This document shows positions 8,707 through 16,191 of a stretch of DNA of 41,607 nt, in pieces. The number at the start of each line of letters is the position of its first letter. The stretch's first letter is position 1. The DNA is from a virus. Taxonomy: Duplodnaviria > Caudoviricetes. Made by a program: the position numbers and the translations under genes. The notes beneath the pieces are model-generated. The model searched no databases, was not told the origin of the DNA, and saw nothing but the letters and a program-made list of their open reading frames with translations. The stretch is taken from the IMG/VR virus record IMGVR_UViG_3300037479_000620, positions 1-41,607 of that record; one strand, given 5' to 3'.

Positions 8707-9354
8707 ATGCACCAACTGGTCAAAAAGCGGCGGACGTTGCACCATTTGCCGGTGCGCCTGCAGAAGCGCGGGCCCAAGGCGGTCGGCGAGCTCGTCACGC
8801 GCCTCGAAGCGCTGGAAACAGCCGAGTGGGCCGCCGCCCGGCTCTTCGACGTCGAGCTGTTCACGCCCGTGATCGTCGATCCCTGCGTCGGGCTCGGGCG
8901 CCTCACGGAAGCGGCGCGCATGCGCGGCCACCAAGTGCTGGCTCTCGACATTTTCGATTGGGGGTTCCCCAAAACCGTCGTGTGCGACTTTCTCGGCCCG
9001 CGCGCCGCGCAGCTGATCAGGAATTGGGTGGGCGCCGAGCAGGAATTCTCGGTCGTCATGAACCCGCCCTTCCGCCAGGGCCTCGCCTTCGCGGCGGAGG
9101 CGTGGGCGCTCGGGCCGCGCAAGCTCGCGATGTTCAACAAGATGAGCTTCTTCGGCACGCAGTCGCGCCGCCCGTGGCTCGCCAACCACCCGCCGTCTCG
9201 CATCTGGATTTGCGGCGAGCGCGCCACCTGCTGGCGCTTCGATTTCCCGCCCGAGAAGCGCGACAGCTCGACGCCCGAGCAGCACGCCTGGTTCGTCTGG
9301 GAGCGCGGCCATGGCGGCCCGCCCATCACCCGCAACATCTGGGAGACCGACTGA
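8707..9354 (+). CDS. Amino (N6-A/N4-C) DNA methyltransferase-like protein
   Basis: SAM-binding IVDPCVGLG and catalytic VVMNPPF; C-terminal HAWFVW; SD AGGAG. Confidence 0.85.
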   Translation: MHQLVKKRRTLHHLPVRLQKRGPKAVGELVTRLEALETAEWAAARLFDVELFTPVIVDPCVGLGRLTEAARMRGHQVLALDIFDWGFPKTVVCDFLGPRAAQLIRNWVGAEQEFSVVMNPPFRQGLAFAAEAWALGPRKLAMFNKMSFFGTQSRRPWLANHPPSRIWICGERATCWRFDFPPEKRDSSTPEQHAWFVWERGHGGPPITRNIWETD

Positions 9355-9355
9355 C

Positions 9356-10606
9356 ATGCGCGCGCCGCTCACCCAGCGCAAAGCCGCGTCGGCCGCGCAA
9401 GCGCGGCCTTCTGGCGAAGCGCAAGAGCTTCGCCCCATCGCCCCGGTGTCGCTCGCCGCGGGGCCGACGTCGCCGGCGATCGTCCCGGCCGAGCTCGCGG
9501 GGCAGACAACGCCGCGCATCGAGTGGGTGGCGCCTCGGTCGCTCTTCGTCGAGGAAGGGTATCAGCGCCAGCTGAGCCGGAACTCGCTGACGCTAATCCG
9601 CAAGATCGTCGCCGGCTGGAACTGGGCGCACGTGAAGCCGCCTATCGTCGCGAGAGCGACGATTCAGGAGAATGCGGCCAAGGGGCCGCATTCTCCCAAA
9701 CAAAGTAGCGTTGAGCGCTACTTTGTAATCGACGGCCAGCACACGGCGATCGCGGCCGTCACGCACGGGGGCATCGACAAACTTCCGGTCATCGTCGTGG
9801 AGCCCGGCGCCCTCGATCGGCGCGCCGCCGCGTTCATCGCCCACAATCGCGACCGGCTCCACCTCACGCCGATGCAGATGCACTACGCGGCGCTCGCCGC
9901 CGGCGACGAGTCATCGCGCGCGATCAATGCCGCGTGCCTGCTCGCCGGCGCCCACATTTGCCGCGTGCAGCCGGCGGAGTGGAAGCCGGGCGACACCGTC
10001 GCGGTAGCCTCGATCGCTGCGCTCGTGAAGGCTGCCGGCGTCGAGGGCGCCGCCGAGGTTCTGAAGATCCTCGTCGATGCGGGCCGCGCGCCGATCGTGA
10101 TGAACGAGATCAAGGCGGTCGCGACGTTGCTGCACGACCGGGCCCGCCCCTGCGATGCGAAGGCGCTGGCCGCGGTTGTGGGCTCGGACAAGCGCGAGGT
10201 GTGGGCGCGGCTCGCCCTCTCGATCGCCTCGGAGCGGAACGTTCACGTGTGGCGCGCGCTCGCGGATCTCTGGCGGTCGCAGTTGAATGGCGAAGCGGTG
10301 CCGCCGCGCGCGGCCGCGCCGTCAAAGCCCGCGGCCATCGTCGACGCGCCGCGCGGCGGAGCGGCCATTGGGGGGGCTGTCGCCAAGGCCCCGCGGCGCC
10401 CGGTAAACACCGAGCCCGCGGCCCCGCCGCGCGTGCCGCGTGTCGAGAAAGAGATCCTCGACGCGCTTGCGAATGGCCCGGTCGGGTTCGACGCGCTGGT
10501 CCGCCGCACTGCCTATCCGAGCAACGCCGTGCGCAAGGCGCTCGCCGCGCTGCTTTGGGCCGGGCAGATCGCGCGCACGGGCGAGCTCTATAGGAGGCGC
10601 GCATGA
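9356..10606 (+). CDS. ParB/Srx-like N-terminal domain protein with possible C-terminal winged HTH
   Basis: LFVEEGYQRQLS...PPIVA...YFVIDGQHT; C-terminal EILDALANGPVGFDALV...AVRKALAAL. Confidence 0.8.
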   Translation: MRAPLTQRKAASAAQARPSGEAQELRPIAPVSLAAGPTSPAIVPAELAGQTTPRIEWVAPRSLFVEEGYQRQLSRNSLTLIRKIVAGWNWAHVKPPIVARATIQENAAKGPHSPKQSSVERYFVIDGQHTAIAAVTHGGIDKLPVIVVEPGALDRRAAAFIAHNRDRLHLTPMQMHYAALAAGDESSRAINAACLLAGAHICRVQPAEWKPGDTVAVASIAALVKAAGVEGAAEVLKILVDAGRAPIVMNEIKAVATLLHDRARPCDAKALAAVVGSDKREVWARLALSIASERNVHVWRALADLWRSQLNGEAVPPRAAAPSKPAAIVDAPRGGAAIGGAVAKAPRRPVNTEPAAPPRVPRVEKEILDALANGPVGFDALVRRTAYPSNAVRKALAALLWAGQIARTGELYRRRA

Positions 10607-10956
10607 TCACCGCCGAGCTCCTCGAACGGCACCGGCTCACGCTCGACGGCGACGGTCGCGCAAGCGCGACCTCGCGGGGCGAAGCGAAGCTTCGCCAAAA
10701 GATCATCCAAGGTGAGCGCGCCATGACGACCGCAGAATTGCTCGAGCGCTTCCGGCTCACCTTGGATGATCTCATCAAGGCCGCGCGGCGCGAAGCGGCG
10801 CTGCGCAAGAACAGCGCCGACAAGTTCGTCCAGTCGGGCAAATGGAAGCCCGAAGAGGCGCGCCTGCGCGTCGCCGAGATGGAGGCGATCGCCGGCGTGC
10901 TCGAGAACCTGAAGCTCGGCCAGACCTACACTCAAGCGATGGAGCAGAGCAGATGA
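10603..10956 (+). CDS. Hypothetical protein with duplicated N-terminus
   Basis: MITAELLERHRLTLD and MTTAELLERFRLTLD; SD AGGAGG. Confidence 0.65.
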   Translation: MITAELLERHRLTLDGDGRASATSRGEAKLRQKIIQGERAMTTAELLERFRLTLDDLIKAARREAALRKNSADKFVQSGKWKPEEARLRVAEMEAIAGVLENLKLGQTYTQAMEQSR

Positions 10957-10994
10957 TTGTTGTCGCGGCCCCTTGGGCGCGGGGATCGACGGCC

Positions 10995-11023
10995 TTGATT
11001 CCGGCTACGCTCAGGCGCATCCT
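10995..11023 (+). promoter_or_regulatory. Predicted sigma70-type promoter of the C4/RAMP module
   Basis: TTGATT (10995-11000), 17-bp spacer, CATCCT (11018-11023). Confidence 0.45.
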
Positions 11024-11098
11024 GTGCGCGGGTCTGAACAACCCGCAAACGGCGCCAGGCGCCCGCGTTAGAAGGCGCTCTTTCTATGCCTACGGCCT

Positions 11099-11184
11099 GA
11101 GGCCGGGGTCCCGATGCGTATGTCCAGGGCGCAAGCCTAAAGGCATCGGGGGCCGTCCGTTTGCGGCTGTTCAGCCCCGGCTTC
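11099..11184 (+). ncRNA. C4-like antisense RNA (phage P1 C4 / P4 CI type)
   Basis: Closing stem GAGGCCGGGG/CCCCGGCTTC; arm CCCGATGC/GCATCGGG with GCAA loop; loop CCGTTTG and junction TGTTCAG are complementary to CAAACGG and CTGAAC sites both upstream (11034-11052) and downstream (11191-11230). Confidence 0.8.
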
Positions 11185-11240
11185 GTCGCCCTGAACCGGC
11201 GACGGCGTTGCCACTGAACCAATCAAACGGAGTTTTCCCA

Positions 11241-11475
11241 ATGTCTCTCGCTTTCGTGCCCGACGAATGGGGCATCGCCGCTCAACGACGCCCGCTGCGT
11301 CCTGTCGTTTTTGCGCACGGCCATCGCCTGCCGCAAGCCCGGCGACTCCATCGACCTCAGCGACGACGACAGTCACGGCCTCAGTGTCATCCTGGGAGCC
11401 GTCGAACGACTTTGCGAATCGGCCGCCAACGAGAGGCGCATCGAAGCCACCCGCGAAAAGGAGCAGCCCGCATGA
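11241..11475 (+). pseudogene. Small ORF (~77 aa) apparently interrupted by a +1 frameshift
   Basis: ATG 11241 has SD GGAG; the +1 frame encodes ASPLNDARCVLSFLRTAI...GLSVILGAVERLC and stops in an ATGA overlap with the next gene; removing one G from GGGG 11269-11272 joins them. Confidence 0.5.
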
Positions 11476-12089
11476 ACGAGATTCCGTCGAAGGCCCATAT
11501 CGGCGAAGCCACAAACGGCGCCGCCGAGACGATCGAATTCTCCGAACCCTACGTCGCCGAGGTGACGATTCAGGGGGTCGCCGATCTCCTCTTTCACCGC
11601 TGGAATTCCGACGCGGTCGCGGCGAAGGCCGCGGCGGCCAAGGGCAGTAGGGCGAAGAAAAGCGACGCGGTCGGAACCTATGTGTGGCGCGACGATCGCG
11701 GCATGCTCTGCCTCCCGGGCGAGTATGTGCGGGGCGCCATCGTCGCCGCGGCGAAATTCCGGCAGGACCCGCGCTCGCCGCGCAAGTCGGCGGCGGATCT
11801 CTACAAGGCCGGCGTCGTCGCCCTCACCAATCTCGCGAGTCTCGGCTCGAAAGATTGGGATTATGAAGACCGCCGCCGCGTGATGGTGCAGCGCCAGGGC
11901 ATCACGCGCGTGCGCCCGGCGATGCGCGAGGGGTGGAGGGCCACGTTGCTGCTCCAGGTGAATCTGCCGGAGTACATCCCGCCGCAGTCGCTCAACGAGA
12001 CGATCGCCGCCGCCGGCCGCCTCGTCGGCGTCGGCGATTTCCGCCCGACCTTCGGGCGGTTCTGCATCACCAAGTTTGAGCTTCGGTGA
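11472..12089 (+). CDS. Stand-alone RAMP/Cas7-like protein (205 aa)
   Basis: N-terminal strand VTIQGVADLLFH, LCLPGEYVRGAIVAAA (cf. RAMP IPGSSxKGAxR), C-terminal Gly-rich loop AGRLVGVGDFRPTFGRF; SD AAGGAG. Confidence 0.75.
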   Translation: MNEIPSKAHIGEATNGAAETIEFSEPYVAEVTIQGVADLLFHRWNSDAVAAKAAAAKGSRAKKSDAVGTYVWRDDRGMLCLPGEYVRGAIVAAAKFRQDPRSPRKSAADLYKAGVVALTNLASLGSKDWDYEDRRRVMVQRQGITRVRPAMREGWRATLLLQVNLPEYIPPQSLNETIAAAGRLVGVGDFRPTFGRFCITKFELR

Positions 12090-12098
12090 TGACGATCA

Positions 12099-12251
12099 CG
12101 CAGGGCCAAGCGCGGCGTGGCGGGGCGTGCCAGGCCAAGGTCGGGCGGGGCGCGGTCTGGCGTCAGGGCGTGGCTTGGCCGGGTTGGGCGCGGCAGCGCA
12201 GGGCCAGGCAGGCTTCGCCCGGGCCAGGTAGGGCGCCGTGCGGCATGGCAT
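12099..12251 (+). repeat. Phased pentamer array GGY-NN, 30 units in two blocks (candidate guide RNA)
   Basis: 13 units at 12099-12163, 3-nt CAG offset, 17 units at 12167-12251; 22/30 units begin GGY and 30/30 have a pyrimidine at position 3. Confidence 0.85.
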
Positions 12252-12253
12252 GG

Positions 12254-12277
12254 GGCGGGGCGCGCAAGCGCCCCGCC
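12254..12277 (+). terminator. Perfect 10-bp hairpin with GCAA tetraloop closing the array
   Basis: GGCGGGGCGC-GCAA-GCGCCCCGCC followed by ATTCTC. Confidence 0.6.
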
Positions 12278-12285
12278 ATTCTCAT

Positions 12286-13089
12286 GTGACCGGCGCCGTG
12301 CGATCCGACCCGCAACGCCGCCGCGAGTTGGCGGCAATCCACGTCGCGCGCAAGCGGCTCGGGCTCGACGAGGACAGCTACCGCGAATTCCTCGCCGGCC
12401 TCACCGGCAAGCGCAGCGCTGCCGAGCTCGACGCAGCCGAGCGCCAGCGGGTGATCGAGGCCTTTCGCTCGCCTAACGGCCGGCACTTCGTATGGCATGA
12501 ACGCCGCGAGCATCGTTTGATTGCGAGCCTTTGGAAAAATCTTTATCTGCTCGGCGAAGTCGAGGAGCCGGGCCCGCGCGCGCTCGACAATTTCGTGCAG
12601 CGCCAGGCCGGCGTGGCGGCGCTGAAGTGGCTCGCGCCCGAGGCCGCGGCCAGCGTCGTGCAGGCGCTCAAGGACTGGCTCGCGCGCGCAGGATTCGAGT
12701 TGCCGTCGACGACGCGCCGTCGGGCGGCGCTTACGGGCGAAGCCAAGGCTTCGCCACAAGCTCGCGGCGAACGCGAGAGCGTTCGCGCGGACGTCAAGAA
12801 GCTGGCGCTCACGCGCCTGGTCAAGGCGCAATGGGCGCGCCTCGAGGCGCTGGGCGCGCTCACCTTCAAGAACGACTATCACCGCCGCTGCGCGCTCGAT
12901 GCGTATTTCGACAATGGCGTGGCGAGCTGCAAGAAGGGCGTCGACCACCCGATGGCGACGCCGGCCGAGCTCGACCAATGCGCCGAGCTGCTCGGCGCGT
13001 GGATTCGGTCGGTCCGCCAGAGCGGACCTTCCGGCGATCCGGCGCCTTCCGCCGGATCGCCCGTAAGCTCACGGCGGTCTCCGCCGTGA
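12286..13089 (+). CDS. gemA: GemA (Mu gp16-like) regulatory protein; start uncertain
   Basis: ELAAIHVARKRLGLDEDSYREFLAGLTGKRSAAEL...ALDNFVQRQAGVAALKWL...VVQALKDWLAR. Confidence 0.88.
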   Translation: MTGAVRSDPQRRRELAAIHVARKRLGLDEDSYREFLAGLTGKRSAAELDAAERQRVIEAFRSPNGRHFVWHERREHRLIASLWKNLYLLGEVEEPGPRALDNFVQRQAGVAALKWLAPEAAASVVQALKDWLARAGFELPSTTRRRAALTGEAKASPQARGERESVRADVKKLALTRLVKAQWARLEALGALTFKNDYHRRCALDAYFDNGVASCKKGVDHPMATPAELDQCAELLGAWIRSVRQSGPSGDPAPSAGSPVSSRRSPP

Positions 13090-13511
13090 GCGTCAGCGAG
13101 CGGCTGCCCGAGCTGCTCGAGGAGATCGCCGGGCGCTTCGGCGAGGGCGTGATGCTGCGCCTCGCCGGCGACTTCGGCGGCACGCGCATCTACGTGCCCG
13201 CGCCGAAGTCGATCGGCCCCGATCACGTGCTCGCGCGCTCGCTCGGTCTCGCGGCGGCGCGCGGGGTGGCGGAGCGCTACGGGCCCGGCCACGTGGAGAT
13301 CCCGCTCGGCCCCACGGCGTCGGGCCCGCGCTGCCGGCGTGCCGCTCTGCTCGCGCTCGAGGAAAACCGCTCGGTGCGCGAGGCCGCCCGCAAGGCCGGC
13401 ATGACCGAGCGCACGATCTGGCGCCTGAAGCGCCGCGCGAAGAAGCGCGCCGGGCGCGGCGCTCGCCAGGGCGATCTCTTCGGCGACGCTGGCCGGAAGG
13501 AGCCAGCTTAG
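13086..13511 (+). CDS. Mor/C-family transcription activator
   Basis: LEEIAGRFGEGVMLRLAGDFGGTRIYVP plus C-terminal HTH SVREAARKAGMTERTIWR; follows gemA. Confidence 0.8.
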   Translation: MSVSERLPELLEEIAGRFGEGVMLRLAGDFGGTRIYVPAPKSIGPDHVLARSLGLAAARGVAERYGPGHVEIPLGPTASGPRCRRAALLALEENRSVREAARKAGMTERTIWRLKRRAKKRAGRGARQGDLFGDAGRKEPA

Positions 13512-13561
13512 GGCGAAGCCTTCCGGCTTCGGCCCAAAACAACGCCCCCTGGGGGCGTTGT

Positions 13562-13608
13562 CCCTGACACGTGTCAGGGTGCCGTGTCGCGGGCAGCCTC
13601 CATAGGGT
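13562..13608 (+). promoter_or_regulatory. Late promoter 1: activator palindrome plus -10 box (lysis/packaging operon)
   Basis: CCCTGACACGTGTCAGGG (13562-13579), 23 nt, TAGGGT. Confidence 0.75.
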
Positions 13609-13615
13609 CGCGCGC

Positions 13616-14242
13616 ATGCTCCGCGGCTTCGACACCAACCAACGAATCACCGCGCCGATCGCCGCCGCGCTCGCCGCCTCGGGCTACCAATTCGCGTGCC
13701 GGTATCTGCGCCGCTCGCCGAACGACCAGTCGCTGTTGAAGCGCGCCGAAGCAAACATCCTGGCCGGCGCAGGCCTGCGCATCGCCTCGGTGTTCCAGCA
13801 CCGCAGCAACCGGCCCGATCTCTTCACCGTCGAGAACGCGAGGCTCGACGCCGAGGCCGCGCTGCGGCGCGCCCTCGAGCTGCTGCAGCCGCGGCATTCG
13901 GCGATCTACTTCGCCTGCGATTGCGACTTCACGCCGAAGACGATCCGGTTCGCGCTCGCCTATTTCGAGGTGGTGCGCCGCATCGTCAGCGACGCCGGCC
14001 TTGCCTACGGCGTCGGCGTCTACGGCGACGATCTCGTGCTGAGCGAGGTGTGCGGGCGCGATCTCGCCGATCACGCCTGGCTCACCAACGCGAAGGGCTG
14101 GCTCGACGATCGCGCGTTCGACGACTGGGACATCAAGCAGACGAGCCTGCCGCACGCGCCGCTGCCGGCGGCGCCGTCCTTCGAAATCGACGACGACGAA
14201 GCGGTCGGCGTCGAGGTCGCCGGCCTCTGGCAGGCGCGGTGA
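13616..14242 (+). CDS. DUF1906-like (GH25-related) glycoside hydrolase, probable endolysin
   Basis: GFDT...GYQFACRYL...AIYFACDCDF...YGVGVYG; first gene of the late operon. Confidence 0.8.
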   Translation: MLRGFDTNQRITAPIAAALAASGYQFACRYLRRSPNDQSLLKRAEANILAGAGLRIASVFQHRSNRPDLFTVENARLDAEAALRRALELLQPRHSAIYFACDCDFTPKTIRFALAYFEVVRRIVSDAGLAYGVGVYGDDLVLSEVCGRDLADHAWLTNAKGWLDDRAFDDWDIKQTSLPHAPLPAAPSFEIDDDEAVGVEVAGLWQAR

Positions 14243-14271
14243 ACACCAAACCTGAAACCCGGAGAAGCCCG

Positions 14272-14694
14272 ATGCTGAAACGAATCGCCGTGCTTTTACT
14301 CCTGGCCTTCGCGGTCCTCGGCGCGCCGGCCTGCACCACCACGACGCCGGACGGCCAGACGATCGAGACGCCGAACGCGCGCATGGCCGCGGTCGAGCTC
14401 GCCTACGGCAAGGTGCTCGACGTCGTCGACGCCGAGAGGAAGCGCGGCCGGCTCGCCGGCGCGCGCGGGGCCGAGGCCGTGCGCCTGCTGTCGGCCGCCA
14501 AGGCCGCCCTCGACACCGCGCGCGCCGCGCATAAGGCCAAGGCCGGCAATCTCGTGACCCTTCTGATCGTGGCCGAGGGCGCGATCGCCGCCGTCGCGGC
14601 CTACGTGCAGAAGCAAGAGACGAGCTTCCTCGTCTTCGCGCTCGTCGACTTCAAAAGCGACCTCAAGAAAGGAGCTTCGCCTTGGACCCGGTAA
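14272..14694 (+). CDS. Lipoprotein, possible lysis accessory/spanin
   Basis: MLKRIAVLLLLAFAVLGAPAC signal ending in Cys; lysis cassette position. Confidence 0.65.
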   Translation: MLKRIAVLLLLAFAVLGAPACTTTTPDGQTIETPNARMAAVELAYGKVLDVVDAERKRGRLAGARGAEAVRLLSAAKAALDTARAAHKAKAGNLVTLLIVAEGAIAAVAAYVQKQETSFLVFALVDFKSDLKKGASPWTR

Positions 14695-14864
14695 CCGCCA
14701 TCAACGCCGCTCTCGCCGCGCTCGCGCTCGGCCGGGAGATCATCGCCATCGTCGAGAAGACGAAGGCCGAGGGCCGCGACATGACCGACGAAGAGCTCGC
14801 CGTCGTCCAGTCCGGCATCGACCTGAAGCACAACACCGTCGTCGCCGGCCTCATCGCCAGCTAG
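14682..14864 (+). CDS. Small hypothetical protein
   Basis: TTG start with SD AAAGGAG. Confidence 0.55.
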   Translation: MDPVTAINAALAALALGREIIAIVEKTKAEGRDMTDEELAVVQSGIDLKHNTVVAGLIAS

Positions 14865-14868
14865 GGGG

Positions 14869-15381
14869 TTGATCATGCGCCGCGCCATAGTCTGCGCCGT
14901 CGTCGTCGCTGGCTTCGCCAGCTTCGGGGCGAAGCTTTGCTTCGCCACAGCACTCGTCATTTTGACGATTGCCCCCGCCGCCGCGGCCGAGAGCAGCAAC
15001 GCGCTCGATCTCCGCCCGCTGCTCACCGAGACGGTGATCCCGATCCTTTCGACGGCGCTGTTGGCGCTCGGCCTCGCGGCGATCGCCTGGCTGAGGCGCC
15101 GGCTCGGCATCGAGGACAACCGCGCGCTCGGCGAGATCGCCGATAAGGCGCTCGTTCGCGGCGTGCAGTTCGCCGAGAACGCGCTGCGCGCCGAAGTGGC
15201 CAACGGCGGGTGGGCGCAGCCCGCGATCGAGAGCGAGCTTGTGCGCCGCGCCGCCGCTTACGTGACGCAGCAGATCCCCGACACGCTGCGCCAGCTCGGC
15301 TACGACCCCGCCACGCCCGAAGGCCGCGCCGCGATCGACCGCATGATCCGGGCGCGCCTCTCGCCGCCGGCGTCACCTTAA
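14869..15381 (+). CDS. Membrane protein, holin-like
   Basis: Hydrophobic segments, VIPILSTALLALGLAAIAWLRRRLG; lysis cassette. Confidence 0.55.
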   Translation: MIMRRAIVCAVVVAGFASFGAKLCFATALVILTIAPAAAAESSNALDLRPLLTETVIPILSTALLALGLAAIAWLRRRLGIEDNRALGEIADKALVRGVQFAENALRAEVANGGWAQPAIESELVRRAAAYVTQQIPDTLRQLGYDPATPEGRAAIDRMIRARLSPPASP

Positions 15382-15402
15382 GACCGCGGGCGGGTCCCGG
15401 CT

Positions 15403-15807
15403 GTGGAGCTTGGCGAAGCCCTCCGCCTGCTCGGCTACGTCGTCTCGATCGCCGGCGGCGCCGGCGGCGGGGTCGCCGCCGTCTGGGCGTGGGGCGCCAA
15501 GAAGGCCGTCGCGAACGCGAACCTTGCGGCCGCGGCGGCGCGCGTCGAGCCGCTCGAAAAGCGCGTGGGCGATTCCGAGCGGGAGATGGAGCGCACGCGC
15601 GAGCGCCTGCGCCTGCTCGAGAAGGTGGCGGCCGAAGTCCCGACCCGCGAGATGTTCGCCAACATCCACACGCTGCTCGAGCGCCTCGAGGGGAAGATCA
15701 ACACCAACACGGTGCGCACCGAGAGCGCCGCCAAGTCGGCCGACGCGGCGATGGAGGCGTGCAACCGCATCGAGGGCTTCTTCATCGAGAAAGGCGTCGC
15801 GCGGTGA
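15403..15807 (+). CDS. Membrane-anchored coiled-coil protein (Mu gp25-like position)
   Basis: N-terminal TM, coiled coil, EVPTREMF motif; synteny. Confidence 0.6.
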   Translation: MELGEALRLLGYVVSIAGGAGGGVAAVWAWGAKKAVANANLAAAAARVEPLEKRVGDSEREMERTRERLRLLEKVAAEVPTREMFANIHTLLERLEGKINTNTVRTESAAKSADAAMEACNRIEGFFIEKGVAR

Positions 15808-16109
15808 CCGAGGATTTTCAAACGCACTGGCGCAAGCATCTGCGCATCACGATCCTGCGCCTGCTCGCGGCGGCGCCGGGCTACTGCCTCAACGAGAGCC
15901 TGGTCCACGGCCACCTGCCGCGCCTATCGTTCAACTGCACGCGCGATCAGGTGCGCACCGAGATCAACTGGCTGGGCCAGCAGGGGCTCGTGCACGTCGA
16001 GGGCGATCCCGACATGCTGATCGCGTCGCTCACGACCAATGGCCTCGACGTGGCCGAGGGCCGCGGCACGCATCCCGATGTTCAGCGGCCCTCGCCGCGC
16101 CGCCGATGA
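15804..16109 (+). CDS. Mu gp26-like winged-helix protein
   Basis: RITILRLL...YCLNESL...TRDQVRTEINWLGQQGLV...LTTNGLDVAEGRGTHPDVQRPSP. Confidence 0.8.
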   Translation: MTEDFQTHWRKHLRITILRLLAAAPGYCLNESLVHGHLPRLSFNCTRDQVRTEINWLGQQGLVHVEGDPDMLIASLTTNGLDVAEGRGTHPDVQRPSPRRR

Positions 16110-16191
16110 CGCCGCAAAGCTGGCGCTTTGCTTACGGGAGAATCGCGGCCCTTGCTGCGATTCTCCATGAAGAAGCCGGAGGCTTCTGACC

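Noticed and set aside
11099-11184. tRNA gene
   Set aside because: Cloverleaf-like but lacks the T-loop and D-loop consensus and a 7-nt anticodon loop; fits C4 better
10842-12089. 415-aa ORF taken as a single gene
   Set aside because: The 5' half overlaps another gene, a promoter and the C4-like RNA; the SD and ATGA overlap point to a start at 11472
12099-12280. CRISPR array next to the Cas7-like gene
   Set aside because: No 23-50 bp direct repeats with unique spacers; the periodicity is 5 nt
12086-12289. 67-aa ORF MMTITQGQARRGG... over the array
   Set aside because: Gly/Arg/Ala/Trp pattern is a by-product of the 5-nt repeat; translation is not excluded but no protein-like signal is seen
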